Shown: one piece after another, positions 1 to 11,773 of the stretch
How the letters are laid out: each line of letters begins with the position of its first letter
Position numbering within the stretch: the stretch's first letter is position 1
Assembly (NCBI GenBank): GCA_043228905.1
Contig: JBHGNT010000007.1
Span: 9,486,001-9,550,000, forward strand
Length of the DNA stretch: 64,000 nt
DNA from: Azolla caroliniana
Taxonomy: Eukaryota > Plantae > Polypodiophyta
Reading direction: 5' to 3'
Made by a program: the position numbers and the translations under genes
Notes under the pieces: model-generated
Seen by the model: the letters and a program-made list of their open reading frames with translations, nothing else
Database searches by the model: none
Told to the model about the DNA's origin: nothing

Positions 1-149
1 GGGAGCCCGTTTGTGTAGCCCTTGATTGACTTGTAGAATTAGGAGTGATGGGGATAAAGAAAGTTATGATTGTTCTTTGTGGTTGGGGCTTGTGTTTTCT
101 TAATGTTGTCCTCTAACAACTTTTCCCAATGTCTCTAAAGTTATAGCAA

Positions 150-800
150 GAAAAGTCCTAGGCACTATTGGTCCTCATATTCCATTACCTTGCATAGTGG
201 GCAAAGCTTTATTTAAAGAGACAATAGTTTCTCCCTCTAATTTCATAAAAGACACTACATTGACAAACATAGTGTTCTTCGAATTTGACTCCTTGATGAC
301 ACAATCAATTGGCAAATTCTTTCTTCTAGATGTATTCATGCATATTTGCCTACCTCAATCCCTAACTTATCTGATGATGTTCATAGCTGCCATATCACAC
401 TGCACAATGCATAGGATGGATGTATGTCCACATAAGATGACCTGATGATGAATCCATCCTCCAATTTGTGTAAAAAGTGTCTCTTGTAGTGGGCCATCTT
501 CGTACCAAGTGAGATTTTGGGGCTAATCCATGTTATCTTGTTTTCCAAGTTAATAATACCAATTTGAATCACTCTATTCTTTTCACTTCAGTCATTTTTA
601 GATGGGGGACAATCAAAGTTACATTGGAACAAAGGTAGTGCATTTATGCTTATGCCATATAACTCAAACCATTGTTGCATTTCAGCATACCAACAATGAA
701 TATCTCCATGTTCAGCCAATTGTCTTGATGACATAAGTGCCAACCTTGAGTCCCTTCCTTTAGGGAGCTCCCACAGCCTAAAGCTCCCACAGACGTTGGA
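150..800 (-). mobile_element. Degenerate 3' fragment of an RTEX-like LINE ORF2
   Basis: Minus-strand peptide WISPKISLGTKMAHYKRHFLHKLEDGFIIRSSYVD...QL*TSSDKLGIEVGK resembles the C-terminus of the LINE ORF2 at 58785-60485 (WITPLEPLPSKMFYYKKHFMHFSELGFITRPKYLD...QLRISSHQLEIENGR). Boundaries approximate. Confidence 0.65.
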
Positions 801-1441
801 TAGAACGCACTGATCAGAATAATGCCTTTAGAGAGAATAATTATATACCAAGCCACACTTACCCATAAGTGTATGTTGAACCATTGATAGCATATCAATG
901 ACAGTTTAGTGAAATCCTCTTTTTCTGTCATATTGTAAGAACTGAGAAATGAGGATGTTGAATTATCAGCATGGTCAGAAGAGGAAGAGATATATTAACA
1001 TTCCACAGAGAGAGAGAGATCTTTGATGTAAATCCTTTTTTTCAACTCTGATAGGTTTCTCATCAACAGCTACATCAGATTATTCAGCACAAAATTCTTC
1101 CTAAGACACTGGCCATGTCATGCAGTGACTTTTTTGTTTTCATGGCGCTCTTGTGAATCATATTTGCCAATCGTGATATTTTTGTCATTAAGGGCTACAC
1201 CATTATTTGGCACATTTCCCCCATGACACTTGCTGGTATTGCTTGTGAATCATTTTTGCCAATTGAGATCTTTTTGTCATCAAGTGATACGGCATTATTC
1301 AGCACACATTCCCCCTATGACACAAGTCAAGTAGTGACTTTTTTGTTTTCATGGTGTTCTTGTGATTATATTCTTGTGCTCATGTTGAAGGTGGAGGCAT
1401 ATTCCCAAATTTCAAACTATTTTCCTTGCAGTTGGTATATT

Positions 1442-4066
1442 TCAATATCTCATGGCTGCTTCTATCCTCTCTGCATCTTTTTGCATGCGAGCAACTGCAA
1501 ATGTATTAGCCGTAAGGGCATAAACTGCAGCACAAGTAGAATCTAGTTGTAGTAACTGATTGAAAGCCAGTATCCCAAGCTTTATATTTCCCCACTTTCT
1601 ACTCGCTTCTAATAAAGAGCACCAAACTAGTGGGAAATTGATGCTCGGCATGACTTTGATCATTGACATTGCCGCATCAAAGAACCCTGCATAGCCATAA
1701 ACCATCACCATGCAAGTATCATGTTCTAACCCTGAAGCAATGCCATATCTTTTAGTCATATTCTCGTACAGAATTTGGGTCTCATTCAATAGCCCTAAGT
1801 GAGAGCAAGCACCAAGAACATGTAGGAAAGTTACCTCATCCGGAAATAAGCCTTCAATCAGCATCTCTTCCAAACAATTCAATGTCTCTTCACATTTCCC
1901 TAGTTGGGAATACCCTTTGATTAATACATTCCAAGAGACTACAGTTCGAATTGGAATTTCGTCAAGCATTTGCTGTGCTTTTGCAAGAAGACCACATTTT
2001 GCATACATATCCACAAGAGCATTTCTAAGCATAACATCATTCTCTAGTAAATTCCTACTTGCAATGTGTTCATGTATTTCTTTGCCTTTGTCAATAGCGC
2101 CAATATTAGCACATGTTCTCAAAATGCAGATAAAGGTGACTACATTTGGAGAAAAACCCTCTCTTTGCATTTGATCAAAACAGCTCAGTGCTTCACGACC
2201 TTGCCCTTGTTGGGTATACCCTGTTATTAGTGCATTCCAAGCGACCACATTTTGAATAGAAAGCTCTTTAAGTGTCTCTTGCGCTTTTGCAAGTTCTCCA
2301 CATTTAGTATACATGTGAACCAACGCACTGCCAAAAACAATTTCCCTCTTGAGTAAACCCCTATTAGAAACTACATCATGAATCTTCATGCCCTGGTCTA
2401 TAGCTCTTATACTGCCACATGCCTTCAGGACGCAAGTTAAAGTTACTATATTAGGAGAGAAACCTTCGCTTTGCATACGTTCAAAACAGTTTAGTGCTTC
2501 ATGACATTGCACATTTTGTGCATACCCTGCAATTAATGTAGACCAAGTGACAACATTTCGATCTGGAAGGTTTTCCAACACTTTTTGTGCTTTTTCCATT
2601 GCAGCACATTTGACATACATATCCACCAAGGAATTTCCAAGAACAATATCATTTTTCAATAAGTTCCTGCTAACAATCTCTTGATGGATTAGTTCACCCT
2701 TGTCTATCATTCCAAGGCTTCCACAAGCCTTCAATATGCAAGTGAAAGTGATCGCATCTGGTATGATGCCCTCTCTTTGCATCTGCTCAAAAAAATTCAA
2801 TGCTTCAAAACAATGTTCATGTTCAACATAGCCAGTAATTAGAGCATTCCAAGAAACAATATCTCGGATAGGTATGTCTTCAAGAACTTCTCGCGCTTTT
2901 CCAAGAACACCACATTTGGCATACATATCCACCAACGCATTACCAAGTTGAGTATTGTTATCCAACAAGCTTCTAAATTGGATCCCTTTGTGTATCTCTT
3001 CTCCTTTCTCCATAGATCCAGAGGTGCCACATGCCTTCAAAATGCAAATCAATGTCACAACATCAGGAGAGAAGCCATCGCTTTGCATCTGTTGAAAACA
3101 GTTCAATGCCTGGAGACATTGCCCTTGTTGAGCATACCCTGTGATTAGAACATTCCATGAGACCACGTTTCTAAGCGGAAGCTCTTTGAGAACTTGTTGT
3201 GCTTTTTCAAGAACGCCACATTTGGCATACATATCCACCAAAGCATTACCAAGAACAATATCCTTTTGTAGCAATCCTGTACTAGCGATCATTTCATGAA
3301 TTTGTTTGCCCTTGTCAATAGCCCCTATGCCCCCACATGCTTTCAAGACACATATGAAAGTGATTGCATTAGGGTAAATGTACTCATTTTGCATCCTTTC
3401 AAAGCATTTCAATGCTTCATGTCCTCGTTGTGCGTGAGCATATCCAGCAATAATCGCTGACCAAGAAACTACATCTCGAGAAGGAATGCCATCAAGTGCT
3501 TGTTGTGCTTTTTCAAGTGCTCCACATTTGGAATACATATCCACCAAAGCAGTACTTAGAACCACATCTCTCTCTATCAAACCCTTACTCGCAATCTCAT
3601 TGTGAATTTTTTCACCCTTACCTAAATCCCTGATGTTTCCACATGCTTTCAAGATACAAGTAAAAGTAGTTGCATCAGGCGAAATGCCCTCACATTGCAT
3701 CAAATCGAAGCAATTCAGAGCATCATGAGATCGGCCTTGTTGGGTATATCCCCATATTAATGCTGACCAAGAAACCACATTCCGGGATGGAATCTCTTCC
3801 AGTAATTTTTTAGCTTTTTCAAGTGCTCCGCATTTCACATACATGCTGATTAAAGCATTAGCTAGATAAACACAGCTTTTCAGTAGACCCCTCTTGAGCA
3901 TCTCACCATGTAGTTTTGTGCCTTTACAGAGGTTCTTTTGCTTGGTACAATCCTTGAGCGAAGCCATGAAATCTTGCTTAGGCCTTTTCATGTTGATCTT
4001 CTCCTTCTTCTTCTTCTTCTTCTTCTTCTTCTTCTTCATCTGTGTCTTTATTATTCTTCTTCTCAT
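1442..4066 (-). CDS. PLS-class pentatricopeptide repeat protein with C-terminal E domain and no DYW; likely organellar RNA-editing factor
   Basis: 874-aa intronless ORF with about 7 repeated P-L-S triplets (NALVDMYAKCG..., RNVVSWNALIxGY..., PDxxTFxCILKACG...), then P2/L2/S2 and E-type motifs (VWCSLLEASRKWGNIKLG). The true start codon may be a downstream Met. Confidence 0.95.
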   Translation of the reverse strand: MRRRIIKTQMKKKKKKKKKKKEKINMKRPKQDFMASLKDCTKQKNLCKGTKLHGEMLKRGLLKSCVYLANALISMYVKCGALEKAKKLLEEIPSRNVVSWSALIWGYTQQGRSHDALNCFDLMQCEGISPDATTFTCILKACGNIRDLGKGEKIHNEIASKGLIERDVVLSTALVDMYSKCGALEKAQQALDGIPSRDVVSWSAIIAGYAHAQRGHEALKCFERMQNEYIYPNAITFICVLKACGGIGAIDKGKQIHEMIASTGLLQKDIVLGNALVDMYAKCGVLEKAQQVLKELPLRNVVSWNVLITGYAQQGQCLQALNCFQQMQSDGFSPDVVTLICILKACGTSGSMEKGEEIHKGIQFRSLLDNNTQLGNALVDMYAKCGVLGKAREVLEDIPIRDIVSWNALITGYVEHEHCFEALNFFEQMQREGIIPDAITFTCILKACGSLGMIDKGELIHQEIVSRNLLKNDIVLGNSLVDMYVKCAAMEKAQKVLENLPDRNVVTWSTLIAGYAQNVQCHEALNCFERMQSEGFSPNIVTLTCVLKACGSIRAIDQGMKIHDVVSNRGLLKREIVFGSALVHMYTKCGELAKAQETLKELSIQNVVAWNALITGYTQQGQGREALSCFDQMQREGFSPNVVTFICILRTCANIGAIDKGKEIHEHIASRNLLENDVMLRNALVDMYAKCGLLAKAQQMLDEIPIRTVVSWNVLIKGYSQLGKCEETLNCLEEMLIEGLFPDEVTFLHVLGACSHLGLLNETQILYENMTKRYGIASGLEHDTCMVMVYGYAGFFDAAMSMIKVMPSINFPLVWCSLLEASRKWGNIKLGILAFNQLLQLDSTCAAVYALTANTFAVARMQKDAERIEAAMRY
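4005..4037. repeat. (CTT)n microsatellite encoding poly-Lys at the PPR N-terminus
   Basis: Directly visible trinucleotide run. Confidence 0.9.
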
Positions 4067-4510
4067 CAGCTCAAGAGGAGTTCAAAAACCACCATCTCAG
4101 AAACTCCGAGGAACCACCATTTCTCCCTCTCTCTATCTCTCTCTCTCATGTTTTCAGAAAATCCGAAAGCACGCCTTAACATTTCCATAATTCCCAACAT
4201 ACCCCTCCCCCATTTTTCTACAAATTCTCACTTCTCTACCCAAAGGAAGTTGTGACAAACATCTTTTAAATGTCCGCGGGAGACTAATTGCAACCGAGAG
4301 AGAGAGAGATAGAGTGAGAGACTTAAAATTTGTCACTCTTCACGTGCTTGACAATTGGTTATATCATATGATAATAAGCCCTCTCTTTTATTTTGATTGG
4401 GCACCAACTTTTATTAGAGCAAAGTGCGATTCGTTGTGTAGGGATTTCCTCATGTTTGCTCAGCATATTTATTATGTTGGCAAGGAAAAGCGAGAGATTG
4501 CACCATCTCT

Positions 4511-7500
4511 CGGGTACTCCACATCCGGTTCTTCCCATCCGGAGGGACCTGTTTCCTAACAAACTCCCCCTTCACTCCGGCATGGGATGTCTTACTAGTC
4601 CGATCTGCTTCCGACATGCATCCAACTTGTCGGGTATCAGTACTTTGGTCAGCATATCTAACCCATTCTCGTCCATGTGGATCTTCGTCAGTGCGAACTC
4701 TCGATCTTCTACTTGCTCCCTAATCCAGTGATACCTACGTTGTATGTGCTTCGTCTTGGAATGGTATGTTGCGTTCTTAGCAAGGTGGATGGCACTTTGA
4801 CTATCGCAATAGAGCCGGTATTCATCTTGCCGGATACCGAGCTCACCGATGAAGTCTTTCATCCATAATATTTCCTTGCCAGCTTCCACAACCGCCATGT
4901 ACTCCGCCTCCGTGGTTGACAACGCAACCGTCTTCTGCAGCCTCGACTGCCACGAAACAGCTCCCCCTGCATATGTCATTACATACCCGGATGTAGACCG
5001 GCTGGTATCCACATCAGCCGACATGTACGAATCGGTAAACCATCAAGTTGAGGATTACCGGAGCCGAATCGGAGACACATATTCGAAGTGCCCTTCAAGT
5101 TCCGGAGTATCCATTTGACCGCGTTCCAGTGCTCCTCGCCGGGATTGCTCATAAATCGGCTCACCACTCCAACTGCGTATCCAATATCCGGCAGAGTACA
5201 CACCATTGCGTACATTAAGCTCCCGACGGCAGAGGCATATGGCACCTTCATCATATCCGCCTTCTCTGCTTTCGTCTTCAGGCTTTGCTTACCGGATAAT
5301 CTACAGTTTGCCGGAAGTGTCGATCCGACCGGTTTCGCGTATGACATGTTCAACCGCTGAAGCACCTTTGTCACATATTTCTCCTGTGACAGCCACAATT
5401 GCTTTGTTGGCCGGTCCCGGATGATATGCATCCCCAACATCTGTCTTGCCGGACCCAAGTCTTTCATTGCGAAAGTTCGGTTGAGAGCCTTCTTCAGCAT
5501 CCGTATTTTGGCTTGGTCTCGTCCGACGATCAACATGTCGTCCACGTACAGAAGGAGTATCAAGAAGTTGCCTCCTTCGAACTTCTTCACAAACACGCAG
5601 TGATCGGCCTGTGTCTTGTGGTACCCTTGATCGGTCATGAAGGAGTCGAACTTCCGGTACCATTGTTGAGGAGCCTGCTTCAGTCCGTACAAGCTCTTCT
5701 TCAACCGACAAACCAGGTGCTCCTTTCCTTTCTCCACGAATCCTTCCGATTGCTGCATGTGGATCTCCTCTTCGAGGTCATCGTGAAGGAATGTCGTCTT
5801 CACGTCCAGTCACTCTACCTCGAGGTCCATGCTTGCCGCTATACTCAGCACCGTCCGGATGGAGGTCATCTTTACTACCGAGGCAAATATCTCGTCGAAG
5901 TCCACGCCCTTCTTCTGTTGGAACCCCTTCACCACGATCTTGGCTTTGTATCTCGGGGGGTTGCCGGCATCTCCCGGTTTCAACTTGTACACCCACTTGT
6001 TTCGGAGTGCCCGCTTTCCTTTCAATAACTCCACCAGTTCGTACGTATGGTTCTCATGCAGGGAGTCCATCTCATCCTGCATGGCACTTAACCATTTGCG
6101 GCTATGGGCGTCACTTTTAGCTTCCTCGAAGCTTTCTGGCTCCCCCTCATCGGTCAGCAGCACATGCTCCGCATCTGGAAATCTCTGGGGGGCCCTTCTC
6201 TCTTTCAGAGGATATCTCCGTCTTTGGCTTTTGGCAACCGGCTCCTCTATCTGTTCTTCATCCGAATCCGATTCGGGGTCTTGGCCGGTTCCGGTTTCAC
6301 CTATTCCTTCTTCTTCGGCCTGTCTTGTCTCCTTACCGTTACCGGCCGGTTCATCGAGTGCTAACCGGTCTCTTGCCGGTTGGGTCTGCTCATCGTAGAA
6401 TCGATCCTTACCGGTCGACTCAGAGTTCATTATCTTCTTCTCCGATTCCCAGTCGGCGAGCGTCTTGTCCTCCATGAAGATAATATCTCGACTCCGGAAT
6501 ACCTTCTTGTCGACCAGGTCCCACACTCGGTAGCCGAACTCATCGTCGCCGTAACCGAGGAATATGCATGGCCGGGTCTTTGGATCCAACTTTCCTCTCC
6601 GGTCCTTAGCTACATGCACGTACGCGAGACATCCAAACACCTTCAGTTGCCGGTAGGACACTTCCTTACCGGTCCATACTCTCTATGGCGTGTCTCCGTC
6701 CAAGGGTACTGAGGGTGATCTGTTTATCATGTATGTCGCCGTCGACAATGCCTCATCCCAAAACTTCTTGGGTAATTTTGCATGCGCCAGCATACTCCGA
6801 ACCCTCTCCATTATGGTCTGGTTCATCCTCTCGGCCAGCCCGTTTAGTTCTGATGTCTTCGGCACGGTAAATTTGAGCCGGATTCCCTTCGAGTGGCAGT
6901 ACTCCTCGAACTATCCCCGGTATTCTCCTCCGTTATCTGCTTGAACCGCCTTCAACTTTCGACCGGTTTCTCTTTCCACTCTCGCGTGGAGTTCTTTGAA
7001 GACGGATAGCACCTAATCCTTCGTCTTCAACGGTGTGGCCCACAACTTCCAGCTGTGGTCATCTATGAACGTCACGAAGTACTGCGATCCGGCATGTGAC
7101 TTCGTGTCCACTTGACACACATCAGTATGCACCAACTCCAGTGATGCATTACGTCTCATCGGTGGCCTTGGTCAGAAGGAGGTCCGGTTTTGCTTACCGG
7201 CCAGACAATCAGTGCACTTCTCCAAGGGCACGTTCTTCACTGGAATGAGGTTGTCGTCTGCTCTTCATCCCCTTCTCACTCATGTGACACAACCTCTTGT
7301 GCCACAGCTCACCGACAGTGTCGGAAGCCACGTTCACTTCTTCCAGGCATAATCGGGCATTCATCAGGTACAACGTGTTGACCTTCCAGGCCCGAGCCAC
7401 AATGAGGCTTCCTTTGCTGAACTTCATAACACCGTTCTGGATGCTACCCGTGTAGCCTTCATCATCTAGCCAACCGGCTGATATCAAGTTCAGTCGAACC

Positions 7501-9196
7501 TCCGGAACGTGTCGGACATCCTTCAGTAGCAGCTTGCATCCGGTTGGTGTTGTCAACCACACGTCTCCTATGCCGACAATTCGGCATGTACCTTCATTCC
7601 CCATCCGGACACAACCGTGATCACCGGCTGTGTAGGATGAGAAGTATTTACGGTCCGGGATAAGGTGGAACGACGCTTCGGGATCAACAACCCACGTTGT
7701 CTCATCGCCGCAAGGTTCAACTCACTCTCCTCGGTGATGAGCATCAGCTCTTCTTCACTTGCTGCGATTGCCGTCGTTCCCTTCCGGTCTTTACCGTTCT
7801 GGTCTAGTGTTCGCTTCGAATCGGTACCGTCGGTTTCCTTGTCTTTTCGGAAGTGCCGACAGTTCTTCTGGAAGTGTCTTGGCTTGCCACAATAGAAGCA
7901 AGTAGGCCTCCCCCTTGACTTTGACCGTGTCCCCGACTTCTCCCAGTTTTGGGGACTACAGTTTCTTTGTCTTCCGCGTTCGATTCGATAAGAAGCGCTT
8001 TGGAGTCGGAGCTCGTATCCTTATCTTTCCGACGTGCCTCTTCATCTAGCAAGCTCGACTTCACTCTTGCTAGGGATAACCGTTTCCCTTCCGGCCTGGC
8101 GTTGCCCAAAGTGACAACCAACGTCTCCCAGCTATCTGGGAGGGAACCAAGCAGGAGTAGTGCTAGTACCTCATCGGCAAGAGGTACTTCCAATGATGTT
8201 GCCTGGTGTATCAGCCCCTGGAAGGCATTCATGTGCTCCGCGATGCTGGAGCCATCTTGGTACCGGAGTCTTACTAGCTTCCGGAATACAAAAACCTGAT
8301 TAACAACATTTTTGTTCTGAAACATGATGCCGATCTTCTCCCAAAGCTCATGAGCCTTGCTCTCTTCATTGAAGTTGTTGTATAGACTCATGTCGATGAA
8401 GCACCGTGTGTAGGCCGTTGTCTTCATGTGCATCACTTCCTATATCGTGGCATCGATTTTGTCCGGTCTCTTGTCCCCGAACTGAACCGGCAACCAAAGA
8501 TCTTTAACCACGAGCATGTCCCTCATCTTCGACTTCCACACTGAATAGTTGGAGCTGGTGAGCTTGAACATGCCTCCAAACGAATCGTCCATTTTTTTTT
8601 CTGTGTCGTTTTGCTCTGATACCACTTTGAAAGGAACTACACGTTCCCGAACACAATGCTCAGCCACAACCAAGTCTAGGATCGAACACAGAAAAAATGG
8701 GTAATGTACGCACGACATAGTAAAGAGAAGAGTACACAGGATGTTTACGTGGAAAACCCAAACACGGGAAAAACCACGGCAGTCCATAGACTGCAAACTA
8801 TCACTATGTTACAGTATACAGTAGATGAACAGAGAGGCAACGACCTCTTGTTCACTCTCTTCGCCACAGGCGGCGGTTACAACAGAGATAACGTCCTCTT
8901 CATCTCTCGCTCTCTCTCTCTCTCTGTACACGGTTGCACTCAGATCTTGCACCAACAAGAATGACAAAAACACAACACTCACTAAGTTTGCCCTAAGTCA
9001 TATTTATACTAATATGACTTTTCGGCTATTTACAAATATAGCCCCAGTGGGCTCTCTGGAACATATTTACATATATGTCCCTTCCATCCGATGAGAGGTT
9101 CTCACCGGGCCTGCAACATCTGGTTCTCACAGGGTCTTCCGTTGCCGGGTACTCCACATCCGGTTCTTCCCATCCGGAGGGACCTGTTTCCTAACA
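4511..9196 (-). mobile_element. Ty1/copia LTR retrotransposon (Copia-1) with truncated 3' LTR
   Basis: 5' LTR 8628-9196 (TGTTAG...TTTCA on -); tRNA-iMet PBS TGGTATCAGAGC at 8613-8624; PPT AGGGGGAGTT at 4562-4571; 3' LTR remnant 4511-4561 matches 9146-9196. Confidence 0.92.
4572..8592 (-). pseudogene. Copia gag-pol (Gag, PR, IN, RT, RNase H) disrupted by stops and frameshifts
   Basis: ORF fragments with LLLLGSLPDSWETLV, ELWHKRLCHMSEKG, NGLAERMN, LKKSLYGLKQAP, LLLYVDDML and ALSTTEAEY in copia domain order. Confidence 0.93.
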
Positions 9197-10425
9197 GTAT
9201 AAATACTTATAATCTCCTTGGTTCCTTTCAAGGGATTCAACGCCAGTCATTGACACATCAATCTAGTTTTCCTCGTTTCATTCCATCTTGTCCCCTTAAT
9301 CTTCATATTTGTCTTCATGCACTCATGTCGCTCAACTTCTAGAGTTCCAAGACTCATCACTTCTAGCTCCAAGTTTGTAGTCGGTCGATCATAGCCTTGT
9401 CATCCGTCCTCCGTCGTGGTTCGCGGTGTTGAATACGGGTTTCTAATGGACGTATTCACACTATCTCCTTTTGAACACACTAGACTTAGGCTACTTATGT
9501 AAATAGTGAGAAGGGCAGTTGCCCTAAGTTAGTCCGTATATATAAACTACTTTGTAACCTAGTTACAGTTGGTTGCACATTTTGTAAAAGTTGTAATAAA
9601 CTTCCTTGACATTTGTGCCTACCTGTCTATGACTCTCTCTCTTGCGTACGAGTTGTTTTCTTTTATGTCTTTGCTGCCATCAAAGCTATGATCTTGCATC
9701 CATTTATGTTCTTATCCTAGAAGAGTGTTGATCTTGTTCTGCATTAGAAGACGACGTTCCCAACATTTGGTATCAGATCTTGGTCGTTTGTTTGATTCTG
9801 TTGTCGCCTTCTATCTAGTCTCCATCGACAACTCTCGTTCGTGTATCCTGAAGATCTTAGTTGGTCTCGACAGGCAACCTACAACAAGATTGTTTACGCA
9901 AAGAGAAACGTGGCGAAGTCTGCACTCTACTATTCTAGGTCACTTTTGGTTATGTGATCGTAGCCGCTCGGAGTGAGACTTCTATCTTGATTAGGCCAAA
10001 TCTTTGCTTCACTCGACTAGGTGGAAAATCGAATAGGTCATCTGATGCTTTTCTCCTACTCGCCGTAGTGACCTAAAGCAAACACGACTCCAGGGGTAAC
10101 CCCAATTTATGTTTCATTCGACTGAACAACATTCGGGAGGACCAATTAGATCCATCCCTCTCATCGTTGCAGTTAACCGAAACAAGATCGGCCTGGAGTA
10201 TTGCATATAATCGTGTTGAGAAATTTCGGAAAAATCGAATCATCAAATACGGGTTCAACTCGACTAAGTTAGTTGACAGTAGTCACTCCGAACAGGATTC
10301 GTTGATATTCGTAATCAACACGACTTGTGTCCAACTTCGGCTAGAATGGCATCGAGTGAGCCAAGTTGTTGCACTCCATCACAATTCGTAGCTAACTCTG
10401 GACAAAGTCTATTATACCAACACAA

Positions 10426-11288
10426 ATGGCTTCAACATCCGGCTTGTCAGAAATGAGTCTAAGGAAGTTCGACAGATCGAACTTCAACTTCTGGAAGGAG
10501 TAGATGCAAGACTATTTAATAGTCAAGGGGCAAATTGACCCCATTGAGAATGAAGACCCTCTAGAAGGATACAAGTCACTTGAATGGGAAAAGCTCGACA
10601 GAATCGTCCGAGCCACCATTCGGATGCATCTATCGGAGTCTGTGTACTTCACGGTGCAATCGTGTTCGACTGCCTTCCAACTATGGAAGACACTTTCAGA
10701 AACTTACGAAAAGAAGGTCGCCCCTACCAAGATATACCTGATTTGACACCTTTATAACCTTCGGATGAAAGAGTCCAACTCGATCCAGGCACACCTGAAT
10801 GAGTACGAAAGCTTAAGCTCCCAAATTTTGGCCTAGGGGACAATTATCGAGGATGAACTAAAAGCAATGCTCCTCGTGAGTAGTCTCCCTCCCTCGTGGG
10901 AAACTTTCGTTACAACCGTGTGCAATGCGTCGACAACTATTGTTAAGTACTCCTTAGTCACGAGTGCAATTCTGATTGAAGCAGCTCAGAGAAAATCGTT
11001 TGCTAACGATTCAGCCAACAACGCTTACGTAGTACAAGGTTCGACCGATCGATCGAACAACCGTGGAAGAAGTTCCTCACGGTAGCCGAACAATGAAAGA
11101 AGTCGTAGCAAGTCCCAGGATAATCGAGTTTGCAACTACTGCAAGAAACTCGAACACATCAAAGCTGATTGCCGTGCACTCAAGGCCAAAAATGATAAGG
11201 CTCAGCAAGCCGAGCAGAAGAGTGGCCGATACGAGGAGATCAACTACATTGGCTCTTCGGCCAAAGTATTGACAAACGACCTGAATAT
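10426..11288 (+). pseudogene. Copia-B gag, with stops
   Basis: MASTS...FNFWKE*MQDYLIVKG, LLVSSLPPSWETFV and zinc knuckle CNYCKKLEHIKADC; interrupted by gypsy-A. Confidence 0.88.
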
Positions 11289-11773
11289 TGTTACCGGCCG
11301 GCAAAGGAGTCCAAAGTGGGAAACGGAGAGCTAATTAAGTAGTAGGAATGTGGTTGTAATTAAGCTATGAGTGTGGACAGACGGACCGGAACTGTGTGCC
11401 GTTCCGGATCCGGACTGATCCCGAACAGGTGCGGATGGCACCGTTTTGTAATACAAACCGGAAACCTATTTAAAGGCCCGAATACAATGTAATAGTTAGC
11501 GGTTAATTAATGAAAGCTTAAGCGTTGTTATATCTCTGTGTTAATTGCCATTCTGTCTTAATTGTTATATCTTACACGTGTTATGAAGACGATCCTAATA
11601 AGTAACTTGATTAAGTCGGATTAAGCGTTGAAGTCTAATCCGGTTGCCGTAACACCCTTTGGTGAAGTGTCTCCCGTAGACACCCTGTGTTAGGCCATTG
11701 TCCGGCCCGAAGAGTTAACACAGTTTTTGGCGACCACGATTCCTGTTTTTGTAGAGAACGACGGCACGGATGG

